Shown: positions 51,220-60,986, counted from the first letter of the stretch. The stretch: 64,000 nt of DNA from an uncultured Acidobacteriota bacterium (GCA_963750935.1 CAVVSR010000014.1:834847-898846), one strand, 5' to 3'. Notes: generated by a model not told the origin, from the sequence alone. A program made the numbers and translations.

Positions 51220-52371
51220 GTGCCGAGAGTCCGCAAGGCCGTTCAGGAGTCGCGCGATCTGCAGGTGCTGCGCACCATCGCCGAGGCGTTGAACGCGGCA
51301 CCCAATGTCGGCGACGCGCTCACCACCACGCTCGACCAGGTGACCACGCTGCTCGGCCTCGAAGCGGGGTGGATCTGGCTGATCGATCCGCAGACCGGCC
51401 GGTTCTACAGCGCGGCGGCGCGGCAGCTGCCGCCGTTCCTGCGCGAGCCGGTGCGGATGACCGGGCAGTCCTGCTGGTGCCTGAAGGCGTTCAAGGCCGG
51501 CGAGCTCACCGCCGGGAACATCGACGTGATGGAGTGCAGCCGGCTGCGCGGCGCCGTCGCCGCGCGCGATCGGGCCGGCACCCGGGGCCTGCGCTCTCAC
51601 GCCAGCATCCCGCTGTACTTCGCCAATCGACCGCTCGGCATCATGAACGTCGCCGCGCCGGCATGGCGGCGTCTCACCCGGCGCGAGCTCGATCTGCTCT
51701 CGACGATCGCGTCGCAGGTCGGGGTGGCGATCGAGCGCGCCAGGCTCGCCGGCGAACGCATCGCCAGCGCCCGGATCGAGGAGCGGACGCGCCTGGCGCG
51801 GGAGATTCACGACACGCTGGCGCAGAGCCTGACCGCCATCGGCCTGCAGATCGAGAGCGCGCTCGACGCCGCGCCGTCGGCCGCGGCCGCGCCGCTGCAC
51901 CGTGCGCTGGAGCTGTCGCGGTCCGCGCTCGATCGCACGCGCGACTCGATCCGCGCGCTGCGGTCGGCCGACGTGGCGCCGCTGCCGGAAGCGCTGGCTG
52001 GCCTCGCCCACACCGTCGCCGCCGACTCCGGCGTCCGCGTGCACGTACGGACGGGTGGCGCCTCCAGCCTGACCGTGGAACAGGAAGAGGAAGTGATCCG
52101 CATCGCGACCGAGGCGCTGACGAACGTCCGCAAGCACGCGCACGCCACCGACGTGCACCTCTCGCTCACGATGCGCGGCGGCGGGCTGCGGCTCGAGATT
52201 GCCGACAACGGCCGCGGCTTCTCGCCGCGCGCCGCCTCGTCCGGCTTCGGGATCGTCGGCATGCGCGAGCGGGCGGCGAATCTCGGCGGCCGGCTGGCGA
52301 TCGCGAAGCCGTCGCGCGGATCGGGCACGCGGGTGGTTCTCACCATCGGCGGGCGGAGGGCCACCCGATGA
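51220..52371 (+). CDS. GAF-domain sensor histidine kinase (HisKA_3/NarL-type)
   Basis: GAF region (LQVLRTIAEALN...GWIWLIDP...), H-box REIHDTLAQSL, and an HATPase_c domain (ATEALTNVRKHA, DNGRGF, GFGIVGMRERA). The start is uncertain: GTG 51220 is chosen, and the ORF is open back to 51004 through the 9-mer array. Confidence 0.8.
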   Translation: MPRVRKAVQESRDLQVLRTIAEALNAAPNVGDALTTTLDQVTTLLGLEAGWIWLIDPQTGRFYSAAARQLPPFLREPVRMTGQSCWCLKAFKAGELTAGNIDVMECSRLRGAVAARDRAGTRGLRSHASIPLYFANRPLGIMNVAAPAWRRLTRRELDLLSTIASQVGVAIERARLAGERIASARIEERTRLAREIHDTLAQSLTAIGLQIESALDAAPSAAAAPLHRALELSRSALDRTRDSIRALRSADVAPLPEALAGLAHTVAADSGVRVHVRTGGASSLTVEQEEEVIRIATEALTNVRKHAHATDVHLSLTMRGGGLRLEIADNGRGFSPRAASSGFGIVGMRERAANLGGRLAIAKPSRGSGTRVVLTIGGRRATR

Positions 52372-52997
52372 TCCGCGTGGCGATCGTCGACGACCACCCG
52401 ATCGTGCACGACGGCGTTGCCGCCGCGCTCAATCGCACGCCGGACGTCCGTCTGGTCGACGCCGCCGAGAGCGTCGAGGCGGCGATCGCGGCGCTGCCCC
52501 GATCGAACCCCGACGTCATCCTGCTCGACGTCCGGCTCCACGGCGCCGACGGCCTGTCGTCGATCGCGACGCTGCTGGCGGCCCGCCCCGCGGCGCGCAT
52601 CATCGTGTTCTCGGCCTACGACCTCGACGAGTACATCTTCGGCGCGATGCGGTCGGGCGCCAAGGGCTACGTCCTGAAGGGCACGGCCGGCACCGAGCTG
52701 GTCGCCGCGATCCGCCGCGTGCATGCCGGGGACTCGTACGTCTCGCCCACGCTCAGCGCCAGGCTGGTGGAGCAGCTCCAGCCGCGCACGCGGGGCTCCC
52801 GCACCCTGACCGCACGCGAGCTGATGGTGCTGCGTCTGGTGGCCTCCGGCCTCTCGAATCGCGACATCGCCGCCGCGCTGTCGATCACCGAACGCACCGT
52901 CAAGTTCCACGTCACCGCCATCCTCAACCGCCTCGGCGCCGACAACCGCACCCAGGCCGTCGCCCTCGCCGTTCGCCGCGGAATCCTCAATATGTGA
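52368..52997 (+). CDS. NarL/FixJ-family response regulator (REC plus LuxR HTH)
   Basis: ATGA overlap with the kinase gene. IRVAIVDDHP...VILLDVRL receiver domain and LTARELMVLRLVASGLSNRDIAAALSITERTVKFHV HTH. Confidence 0.9.
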   Translation: MIRVAIVDDHPIVHDGVAAALNRTPDVRLVDAAESVEAAIAALPRSNPDVILLDVRLHGADGLSSIATLLAARPAARIIVFSAYDLDEYIFGAMRSGAKGYVLKGTAGTELVAAIRRVHAGDSYVSPTLSARLVEQLQPRTRGSRTLTARELMVLRLVASGLSNRDIAAALSITERTVKFHVTAILNRLGADNRTQAVALAVRRGILNM

Positions 52998-53005
52998 TCG
53001 TCGTC

Positions 53006-53068
53006 GGGACGCGGGACTCGGGACTCGGGACGCGGGACTCGGGACTCGGGATGCGGGACGCGGGATGC
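53006..53068 (+). repeat. GGGACGC/GGGACTC heptamer array (9 units, G-rich on the plus strand)
   Basis: GGGACGC GGGACTC GGGACTC GGGACGC GGGACTC GGGACTC GGGATGC GGGACGC GGGATGC, beginning 9 nt after the response-regulator stop. Confidence 0.95.
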
Positions 53069-53158
53069 CCTGTCCATTAGTCCAGTGACGCCCCTGCCAG
53101 GTCGCCGGGACCGCGGCGGCGGCGGACGGGCGATACTCTTCGCGAACGGAGGGTTCGC

Positions 53159-53887
53159 ATGAGCGACAGGCAGCGGGTGGCGGTCGTCACCGGCGGCAGC
53201 CGGGGCCTGGGGAACGTGATCGCGCGGGTGCTGGCGGTGCGCGGCTACGACCTGGTGATTGGCGGGCGCGAGAAGAGGGCACTGAACGACGCGGCGACGA
53301 CGCTGCGCGGGCTGGGGCGGCGGGTCGTCACCGTTGACGGGGACATCTCCGACCCGGCCGTCTGCACCTGGCTCGTCGACGAAGCGCGGCAGCTCGGCGG
53401 CCTGCAGGTGCTCGTCAACAACGCCTCGGAGCTCGGCGGCGTCAAGCCGCTCGCCGACACCGACGCGCCGCTCGCCGAGCACATCCTCCGCGTCAACGTC
53501 GTCTCGCCGATCGTCCTGGTGAAGCTGGCGACGCCGCTGCTGCAGCAGGACGGCGGCCTGATCGTCAACGTGTCGAGCGACGCGGCCCGCGGCGCGTACC
53601 CTGGCTGGGGCGTCTACGGCGCGAGCAAGGCCGCGCTCGAACTGATCACGAGGACGATGGATGCGGAGCTGCGATCGGGGCGGGTGTTCGCCGTCGCCGT
53701 CGATCCGGGTGACATGCGCACGCGCATGCAGCAGGAAGCCTTTCCCGGCGAGGACATCTCCGACCGCCCCGAGCCGGAAGTGACGGCGCCGTTCTGGAAC
53801 TGGCTGTTTGCGCAGGATCCCGCCGCGGTCGGCGGCCAGCGGTTCACCGCGCAGGAGGATCTCGAGCGATGGCTGCTGCCGGCGTAA
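53159..53887 (+). CDS. SDR-family oxidoreductase
   Basis: 242-aa ORF. VVTGGSRGLG cofactor motif, NNAS, and catalytic YGASKAAL. Confidence 0.85.
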   Translation: MSDRQRVAVVTGGSRGLGNVIARVLAVRGYDLVIGGREKRALNDAATTLRGLGRRVVTVDGDISDPAVCTWLVDEARQLGGLQVLVNNASELGGVKPLADTDAPLAEHILRVNVVSPIVLVKLATPLLQQDGGLIVNVSSDAARGAYPGWGVYGASKAALELITRTMDAELRSGRVFAVAVDPGDMRTRMQQEAFPGEDISDRPEPEVTAPFWNWLFAQDPAAVGGQRFTAQEDLERWLLPA

Positions 53888-54990
53888 TCGCCGACTTCGA
53901 GCTGCCGGCGTCGCTCGAAGCCGCGGAGCCGCCCGAGGCCCGCGGCCTGGCGCGCGATTCGGTGCGGCTGCTGGTGTCGAACACCGCGGACGACACGATC
54001 ACCCACGCGCGGTTCAGCGATCTGCCGCAGTGGCTGGACGAGGGCGATCTGATCGTCGTCAACACCAGCGGAACGCTGAACGCCGCGCTGTCGGTGGACG
54101 CGGACGGCCGTCCGTACGACCTGCATCTCTCGACCCGCCTGCCGGGCGGCTTCTGGAGCGTCGAGCTGCGGGTGTTCGAGCAGATGAAGTCGCGGCCGAC
54201 ACGGGACGCACGCGCGGGGCTGCACCTGCGATTGCCCGGCGGCGGGAATGCCACGCTGCTGGCGCCTTACCCGTTCGATCGTTCGCCGGCGAGCGGCTCG
54301 CGCCTCTGGCTGGCCGCTCTCGATCTTCCCGAGGCCGTCGAGCCGTACCTCGCGCGGCATGGATTTCCGATCCGCTACGGGTACGTGCCGGAGCCGTGGC
54401 CGGCGTCGATGTATCAGACGATTTTCGCGACCGAGCCCGGCAGCGCCGAGATGCCGTCAGCCGGCCGCCCGTTCACCGACGCGCTGGTGACGCGGTTGAT
54501 CGCGCGTGGCGTGCAGGTTGCGCCGCTCCTGCTGCACACCGGCGTGGCCAGCCTGGAAGATCACGAGCCGCCGTACGAAGAGTTCTACCGTGTCTCGGCG
54601 GAGACGGCCGAGCGGGTGACCACGGCGCGCCGTCGCGGTCATCGGATCATCGCGGTCGGCACCACGGTTGTTCGCGCCCTCGAGACCGTGACCGACGGGA
54701 ACGGTGTCACCCACCCCGGGTCGGGCTGGACCGGCCTGGTGATCGGGCCGGACCGCCCGCTGCGCTCGGTCGACTCGCTGATCACCGGCCTCCACGAGCC
54801 GCGTGCTACCCACCTCGCCATGCTCGAACGGGTACTCGACGCCGCATCCCGCGCCCGCTCGCGTGATGCGCGCGTCACCGAGAGTCTCTGCGGTCCCTGC
54901 CATCTCGACCGCGCCTACGCCGAAGCCCGCGCCGCCGGCTACCTCTGGCACGAGTTCGGCGACTCCCACCTGATCCTGGGACCTCAATAG
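53869..54990 (+). CDS. queA: S-adenosylmethionine:tRNA ribosyltransferase-isomerase family protein
   Basis: 373-aa ORF. FELPASL...RDSVRLLV...GDLIVVNTSGTL...VGTTVVRALE are typical of QueA. Overlaps the SDR gene by 19 nt. Confidence 0.8.
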   Translation: MAAAGVIADFELPASLEAAEPPEARGLARDSVRLLVSNTADDTITHARFSDLPQWLDEGDLIVVNTSGTLNAALSVDADGRPYDLHLSTRLPGGFWSVELRVFEQMKSRPTRDARAGLHLRLPGGGNATLLAPYPFDRSPASGSRLWLAALDLPEAVEPYLARHGFPIRYGYVPEPWPASMYQTIFATEPGSAEMPSAGRPFTDALVTRLIARGVQVAPLLLHTGVASLEDHEPPYEEFYRVSAETAERVTTARRRGHRIIAVGTTVVRALETVTDGNGVTHPGSGWTGLVIGPDRPLRSVDSLITGLHEPRATHLAMLERVLDAASRARSRDARVTESLCGPCHLDRAYAEARAAGYLWHEFGDSHLILGPQ

Positions 54991-55055
54991 GGATTCGGGA
55001 AGCGGGATTCGGGAAGCGGGATTCGGGAAGCGGGAACGCGGGGACGCGGGGAGCC
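54990..55055 (+). repeat. GGGATTC/GGGAAGC heptamer array grading into GGGGACGC units
   Basis: (GGGATTC GGGAAGC) x3, then GGGAACGC GGGGACGC GGGGAGCC. It starts on the last base of the queA stop codon and ends 22 nt before the next ATG. Confidence 0.95.
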
Positions 55056-55076
55056 GGTTATGTTAGCCTCCCCATC

Positions 55077-55940
55077 ATGTCCCCACTCACCAGACGCGAG
55101 GCGCTTGCCGGCGCGGCGGCCATGCTGGCTGCGCCATCCATAGCATCCAGCCAGTCACCCGGTCAGGGTAAAGCCGTGGTGAAGGGCCGCCTGAAACAGT
55201 CGGTGTGCCGGTGGTGCTACGCCAAGATCCCGCTCAACGACTTCTTCAAGGCGGTCGCGGATATGGGTCTGACCGCGGTCGATCTCCTCACCGAGAAGGA
55301 GTGGCCGATCGCGGCGGAGCACGGCCTGATCTGCTCGATGGGATCGGGCGCGGGCGGCGGCATCAACGACGGCCTGAACGTCAAGGGCAATCACGACAAG
55401 ATCGTCGCCAGCCTCGAGCGCGCCATTCCGATCGCGGCGAAGGCCAAGGTGCCGAACCTGATCACGTTCTTCGGCAACCGCCGCGGCATGGGTGACGAGG
55501 AGGCGGCGGCCAATTGCGTCGAGGGGCTCAACCGCATCAAGAAGGTGGCCGAGGATCACGGCGTGACGATCTGCCTCGAGCTCCTCAACAGCAAGGTCGA
55601 TCACAAGGACTACCACGGCGACCACTCGGCGTTCGGCGTCAACGTGGTCAAGGCGGTCGGATCACCGCGCGTGAAGCTGCTCTACGACATCTACCATATG
55701 CAGATCATGGAAGGGGATCTGATCCGCACCATTCGCGACAACCGCGAGTACTTCGCGCACTTCCATACCGGCGGCGTCCCCGGCCGCCACGAGCTCGACG
55801 ACACCCAGGAAATCCAGTGGCGATCCGTCGCCACGGCCATCGTCGACATGGGCTTCCAGGGCTACTTCGCGCACGAGTTCATCCCCGTGCGCGATCCGCT
55901 GCCGTCACTGCGCGAAGCAGTCGTGCTGTGCGACGTTTAA
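55077..55940 (+). CDS. TIM-barrel sugar phosphate isomerase/epimerase (hydroxypyruvate isomerase-like) with Tat-type signal
   Basis: N-terminus MSPLTRREALAGAAAMLAAPSIA. Xylose-isomerase-like TIM-barrel segments (CLELLNS, HFHTGG, GYFAHEF). Confidence 0.8.
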   Translation: MSPLTRREALAGAAAMLAAPSIASSQSPGQGKAVVKGRLKQSVCRWCYAKIPLNDFFKAVADMGLTAVDLLTEKEWPIAAEHGLICSMGSGAGGGINDGLNVKGNHDKIVASLERAIPIAAKAKVPNLITFFGNRRGMGDEEAAANCVEGLNRIKKVAEDHGVTICLELLNSKVDHKDYHGDHSAFGVNVVKAVGSPRVKLLYDIYHMQIMEGDLIRTIRDNREYFAHFHTGGVPGRHELDDTQEIQWRSVATAIVDMGFQGYFAHEFIPVRDPLPSLREAVVLCDV

Positions 55941-55962
55941 GCACGTTCGCACGCAGCACGTA
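55939..55962. repeat. degenerate AGCACGT (reverse ACGTGCT-family) units
   Basis: aaGCACGTtcGCACGcAGCACGTaa, starting within the stop codon. Only about 3 imperfect units. Confidence 0.3.
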
Positions 55963-55982
55963 ACCCGCGCTACGATTTGCCC

Positions 55983-56918
55983 ATGACGACTTCCTCATTC
56001 CTCCGCCGCGCCGCCTGGTTCGCCGTCGCCGGCGCGCTGATGCTCTCCACGCTGCCCGTCCGCGGGGCGGACAAGCGGATTGTGCTGATTGCCGGCAAGC
56101 CGAGCCATCCGCCCGGCATGCACGAGTTCCGCGCCGGGTGCCTGCTGTTTCAGAAAGCGCTGGCCGCGGTGCCCGGCGTCACCGTTCAGGTTTACGACAT
56201 GGGCTGGCCGGCGAAGATGGTCGACGGCGCGCGCGTCGACGACAGCGCCGCCCTCGACACGGCCGACGCGGTGCTGATCTATGCGGACGGCGGCAAGGGT
56301 CATCCCGCGATCCAGGGCGAGCGGCTCAAGGTCATCGAGGCGCTGGCCGCAAAGGGCGTCGGCCTCGGCTTCGCGCACTACGGCGTCGAGGTCCCGACCG
56401 GCGTGCCTGGCGACGCACTGCACCAGCTCATCGGCGGGTTCTACGAGGACAAGTTCTCGGTCAATCCGATGTGGACGCCGTCGTTTCAGAAGATGCCGAA
56501 CCATCCGGTGACGCGCGGCGTCGGACCGTTCGCGACCCACGACGAGTGGTACTTCAACATGCGCTGGACCGCCGATCCCGCGGTGAAGTCCCGCATCACG
56601 CCGATTCTCGTGGATACGCCGAGCGACGACGTGCGTGACGGGCCGTACGTGTACCCGCGCGGGCCCTACGAACACGTCGTGGCCGACAAGGGCAAGGTCG
56701 AAACGATGATGTGGGTCTACGAACGGCCCAACGGCGGGCGTGGGTTCGGGTTCACCGGCGGCCACACGCACGCGAACTGGGGCGACGCCAACCAGCGTCG
56801 GGTCATGCTCAACGCGCTGCTGTGGATCGCGAAGATCGACGTGCCGGCCGGCGGCGTCGTCGACAAAATCACCGCCGAGGATGTGACCCAGAACCTCGAC
56901 GACAAGCGGAAGAAGTAA
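55983..56918 (+). CDS. ThuA domain-containing protein (secreted)
   Basis: Signal peptide, then KRIVLIAGKPSHPPGMHEF...ADAVLIYADGG...HDEWY, typical of ThuA-like class I glutamine-amidotransferase-like folds. ATG 55983, with an in-frame TTG at 55977. Confidence 0.8.
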   Translation: MTTSSFLRRAAWFAVAGALMLSTLPVRGADKRIVLIAGKPSHPPGMHEFRAGCLLFQKALAAVPGVTVQVYDMGWPAKMVDGARVDDSAALDTADAVLIYADGGKGHPAIQGERLKVIEALAAKGVGLGFAHYGVEVPTGVPGDALHQLIGGFYEDKFSVNPMWTPSFQKMPNHPVTRGVGPFATHDEWYFNMRWTADPAVKSRITPILVDTPSDDVRDGPYVYPRGPYEHVVADKGKVETMMWVYERPNGGRGFGFTGGHTHANWGDANQRRVMLNALLWIAKIDVPAGGVVDKITAEDVTQNLDDKRKK

Positions 56919-56927
56919 GCCGGCGGT

Positions 56928-57587
56928 TCAGCGCACGCCGGCCAGCTCGCGAATGCGATCGAGGGTGAGGTCGGCAGCCGACGACAGCTCCAGATCGGCC
57001 CCCTCGAAGTCATGGGTCAGGCGATTGAGGTGATGGGGAATGGCGACGGTGCGCATCCCGGCCGCGCGCGCCGCCGTCAGCCCCGGTCCCGAGTCCTCAA
57101 TCGCGACGCAATGCGCGGGCTCGACGCCGAGCCGACGCGCCGCCTCCAGATACACGTCAGGCGCCGGCTTCGGGTGCGCCACCTGGTCGGCTGTGACGAT
57201 GACGTCGAACGACGGCGTCAGGTCCAGCTCCTCCAGCGCCCGGGCCACCCAGTTCGATGAGGCCGCGGAGGCGATCGCGCGCGGCACGCCCGCCGAGACC
57301 AGAGCGGTGACCAGCGTGGCGATTCCCGGCATCGGCTCCATCCGCAGGTGGTCGACGAAATAGGTCCGCGTTTTCTTGCGGAATCGCTCGTAGCTGGGGG
57401 GCGTTGCCGTCCGCTCGCACAGCCAGTCCCACCAGTGGTTCCGCGGCTGCACCCGCCCGATGCACGTGCACCACTCCTCCTCGGTCAGCTCGACGCCGTG
57501 TTCGGCAAAGAACTGCCGGTGTGACTGATATTCCGCGCTCTCACTGTCCAGAATCGTTCCGTCGAAATCGAAGATCACCGCAATCAT
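56928..57587 (-). CDS. HAD-IA family hydrolase
   Basis: ATG 57587. MIAVIFDFDGTILDSE (motif I), ASAAS, KPAPDVYL, and IEDSGPGLTAARAAGM (motif IV). This is the real gene inside the long listed ORF 56928..58883. Confidence 0.85.
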   Translation of the reverse strand: MIAVIFDFDGTILDSESAEYQSHRQFFAEHGVELTEEEWCTCIGRVQPRNHWWDWLCERTATPPSYERFRKKTRTYFVDHLRMEPMPGIATLVTALVSAGVPRAIASAASSNWVARALEELDLTPSFDVIVTADQVAHPKPAPDVYLEAARRLGVEPAHCVAIEDSGPGLTAARAAGMRTVAIPHHLNRLTHDFEGADLELSSAADLTLDRIRELAGVR

Positions 57588-57695
57588 CGGCACGTTGACT
57601 GGTATCCGTTCCTGGCTGCCGGGCGCCCCATCGCCGCCGTGGCATGAGTGTCCCCTCTCAGAGGTAGGATACGTTCGTTTCAAGGAAGGATCCCG

Positions 57696-59345
57696 ATGGT
57701 GGCTGGGCTTTGCCTCATGCTTGTCGCCGTGCTGTGGGCGCCGCAGCAGGCGGCCCCGGTGCGCGACGCCAGGGCGACGCCGGGCGGCACCGCGACAGTA
57801 CGCGGCCGGATCACGGCCGCTGCCAGCGGTCAGCCGCTCCATCGCGTCCGCATCACGCTCAACGGCGCGGTGCAGAACGCGCCGACCGGCGTCACCAACA
57901 CGCGCGGCGAGTTCGAAGTCACCGACGTCCCGCCAGGTGTCTATACCCTCACCGTCGCGCGAAGCGGCTATCTCACACTCCAGTACGGCCAGCGGCGTCC
58001 GCGCGAAGCCGGACGCACGCTCGAGCTGGCCGCCGGCCAGGTGCTGGAGAAGGTGGATATGCAGATGTTCCGCGGCGCAGCGATCGCCGGACGCATCACC
58101 GACGAGCTCGGCGATCCGGCTGCGGGCGTCCGCGTCGAGGCGATCGAGCTGCGCTACATGCGCGGCAGGCGGGTCGCGGTGCCAGCCCGAATCGCCACGG
58201 CCAATGACGCCGGCGAGTACCGGCTCGGCGGCCTCGAACCCGGCAGCTACCACGTGCGCGCGACCTCGACCGAGATGTGGGCGGCCGAGGACGGCAAGCA
58301 GACGTACGCCTACGGCGCCACGCTGCATCCGGGCGTGCCCGGAACCGATCAGGCCCAGAGCATCACGCTTGCCGTCGGCCAGGATCAGGGCGGCGTCGAC
58401 TTCAGGATGATCGCCGGGCGCGCCGCACGGCTGACCGGGGTCGTCGAAGACGCGGCAGGCAATCCGCTTGCGGATCAGACCGTCAACGTCGACGTCATCA
58501 CGCGCACGGTCGGCGGGGCGCTGCTGAGCGCCGGCTTCGGCGGCCGCGCCAGAACCGACGCCAAGGGCGGGTTCGACTTCGCCACGCTCGCACCCGGCGA
58601 ATACATGGTCTACACGGGCGCGCAGACGGAGCGCGTGGCGGTGCCGGCGGTGCTCGGCGAGGGCGACGTCGAGCACGTCGTGTTGTCGCCTCGCAAGCCC
58701 ACCGTCGTCAACGGCATGGTGATCACCGACGAGCAGACGCCGCCGCCCTTCCCCGCGGCACGCATCCGCGTCGCGGCGATCGGCGCCGATCCTGCCCAGG
58801 CGCTGCCGCAATGGGGCGCACCTGGTGAATCGGCGGTCAGGCCGGATTGGGCCTTCAGAGTGGGCAACGTCGAGGGGCCGCACCTGTTCCGCGTCACAAG
58901 CCTGCCCTCCGAGTGGATGCTGAAGGCCGTTACGCTGGGCGGCCGGGACATCACCGACCAGCCGCTGACGCTGATCCGCGGCGCGCCGGACGTCGACGGC
59001 CTGCAGATTGTGATCAGCCGCAAGGGCGCGAAGGTCAGTGGTGAGGTTGCCGATGCCGGCGGCGCACCCGCACCTGACGTGACCGTGATCGTCTTCGCCG
59101 AGAACCCGGCGCAGTGGGGCGTCGGCTCACGCTTCGTTCGCGCGACCCGTCCGGACGACGCAGGCCGGTTTTCGATCGCGGGCCTGCCCGCCGCTGCCTA
59201 TCGCGTCGCGGTTCGGACCGTCATTGCCGACGGCCAGTGGGAGGACCGCGAGTTCCTGCTGGAGCTGATGAAGGACGCGGTTCGAGTCGAGCTGGCCGAG
59301 TCCGGCGCTGAAGCCATCAAGCTGACGACGGTGGAAGGACGATGA
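57696..59345 (+). CDS. carboxypeptidase-regulatory-like domain protein (secreted)
   Basis: ATG 57696 follows AAGGAAGGA. Signal peptide, then repeated CarboxypepD_reg-like modules (VRGRITAAASGQPL...TNTRGEFEVTDVPPGVYTLTV, AGRITDELGDPAAGVRVEA...). Confidence 0.8.
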   Translation: MVAGLCLMLVAVLWAPQQAAPVRDARATPGGTATVRGRITAAASGQPLHRVRITLNGAVQNAPTGVTNTRGEFEVTDVPPGVYTLTVARSGYLTLQYGQRRPREAGRTLELAAGQVLEKVDMQMFRGAAIAGRITDELGDPAAGVRVEAIELRYMRGRRVAVPARIATANDAGEYRLGGLEPGSYHVRATSTEMWAAEDGKQTYAYGATLHPGVPGTDQAQSITLAVGQDQGGVDFRMIAGRAARLTGVVEDAAGNPLADQTVNVDVITRTVGGALLSAGFGGRARTDAKGGFDFATLAPGEYMVYTGAQTERVAVPAVLGEGDVEHVVLSPRKPTVVNGMVITDEQTPPPFPAARIRVAAIGADPAQALPQWGAPGESAVRPDWAFRVGNVEGPHLFRVTSLPSEWMLKAVTLGGRDITDQPLTLIRGAPDVDGLQIVISRKGAKVSGEVADAGGAPAPDVTVIVFAENPAQWGVGSRFVRATRPDDAGRFSIAGLPAAAYRVAVRTVIADGQWEDREFLLELMKDAVRVELAESGAEAIKLTTVEGR

Positions 59346-60967
59346 TCGCGCGTGTGCTCGTGCTCGTGATGGCCGTCATCGTGCTGGCGTCGGCCCCGTC
59401 GGCCGCGCAGACCGCCCCGGCGCCGCCCTCGCCCGAGAAGCCCGCCAGCATTCGCGGCCGCGTGACCGCGGTGGACACCGGACGGCCGCTGCGTCGCGCG
59501 CGCATCACCCTGCGCAGCGTGTCCGAGACGGCGGGCAACGCGCCGATCGTGGCGAACAGCAATGTCGCGGGCCACTTCGAGCTCGAGAACGTTCCGCCTG
59601 GCGGCTACATCGTGCACGTCGCGAGAGCGGGATACGAGGGCAGCCAGTACGGGCAGCGGCGGCCCGGCGACCGCGGCATGACCATCGACGTCGCCGCCGG
59701 CCAGGCCGTGACCGGCATCGACGTCGTGCTGGCGCGGGCCGCGGTGTTGTCCGGCCGCGTCTTCGACGACCTTGGGGAGCCATACGCCGGCGTCCGTGTC
59801 GACGCGCTCACGACCCGGTACTTGCGCGGCCAGCGCGTGCCGGCGCCGGCCTCGGTCGCCACCACCGACGATCTCGGCTACTACCGCTTCTCGGGTCTGG
59901 CGCCCGGCCGCTACTACGTCGTGGCCTCGTCCACCGAAACGTGGAAGACGGCGAAGAACGAAACCCACGGCTACGCGTCCACGTACTTTCCGGCCGGTGG
60001 CCTCGACACGGCGCAGCTCATCACCCTCGGGCCGTCCGAGCAGCGCACCGACCTGAACATCACGCTGTCCAGCAGCCGCGCCGCGCGCATCAGCGGCCGC
60101 GTGCTGCGCGAGAACGGCGAACCCTCGCCGGCCGCCGGCGTGCAGCTGTCCTACAGCTATCCCGGTGCGATCATGGTTGCCGGATCGCGGACGGTGCGAA
60201 CCGGCGGCGACGGGTCGTTCGAATTCAAGGACGTGCCCGGCGGCGTCTACATGGTCGGCGGCGGCAGCGCGGACCAGATCGTCACCGTCGCCGGCGCCGA
60301 CATCGACAACATCGTGCTCGTGCCGAAGACCGGCAGCGTCGTCACCGGAACGATGGTGACCGACGACGGCGTGGCGCCGCCGTTTCCTTCGTCCGGCGTG
60401 CGCGTGACGCTGACGGCGCCGTTCGCGAAGGTCCTGCCGACCGGGTATGTCAACGCCGTCGATCCGAATTGGTCGTTCAAGCTGACCAACCTGGGCGGGC
60501 CGTTCATGTTCCGCGTCGCCGGCCTGCCGCCCGAGTGGACGCTGACCTCGGTCCGGTTGAACGACAAGGACATCACCGACGTGCCCTGGGACGTGCCCAC
60601 CGGCGGCAAGGAGATCGCCGGGCTCCAGATCGTCGTGTCGCGCCGCGTCGGGCGCATTTCCGGCTCGGTCCTCGACGGCCGCGGCAAGCCGTCGTCCGCC
60701 GCGACGATCCTGGTGTTCCCGGAGGACAGCGATCACTGGATTCCTGGATCGCGGCTGGTCAAGACCGCGCGGCCCGGGCCCGACGGAGCGTTCACACTCC
60801 GGGACCTGCCGGCCGGTACCTATCGCGCGCTGGCCCGCGACTACGTCGAGGAAGGACAGTGGGAAGATCCGAAATTCCTCGAGAGCGTCCGCGATGCCGG
60901 TGTGCGGGTCGTGCTCGCTGACGGCGGGACGGAGTCGGTCACGCTGAAGCTGCCGGCCGTGCGCTGA
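59342..60967 (+). CDS. carboxypeptidase-regulatory-like domain protein (tandem paralogue)
   Basis: ATGA overlap with the previous gene. Same architecture, and alignable by eye along its length (IRGRVTAVDTGRPL...GHFELENVPPGGYIVHV...). Confidence 0.8.
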   Translation: MIARVLVLVMAVIVLASAPSAAQTAPAPPSPEKPASIRGRVTAVDTGRPLRRARITLRSVSETAGNAPIVANSNVAGHFELENVPPGGYIVHVARAGYEGSQYGQRRPGDRGMTIDVAAGQAVTGIDVVLARAAVLSGRVFDDLGEPYAGVRVDALTTRYLRGQRVPAPASVATTDDLGYYRFSGLAPGRYYVVASSTETWKTAKNETHGYASTYFPAGGLDTAQLITLGPSEQRTDLNITLSSSRAARISGRVLRENGEPSPAAGVQLSYSYPGAIMVAGSRTVRTGGDGSFEFKDVPGGVYMVGGGSADQIVTVAGADIDNIVLVPKTGSVVTGTMVTDDGVAPPFPSSGVRVTLTAPFAKVLPTGYVNAVDPNWSFKLTNLGGPFMFRVAGLPPEWTLTSVRLNDKDITDVPWDVPTGGKEIAGLQIVVSRRVGRISGSVLDGRGKPSSAATILVFPEDSDHWIPGSRLVKTARPGPDGAFTLRDLPAGTYRALARDYVEEGQWEDPKFLESVRDAGVRVVLADGGTESVTLKLPAVR

Positions 60968-60986
60968 TGGGGCAGTTGATCTTCCG

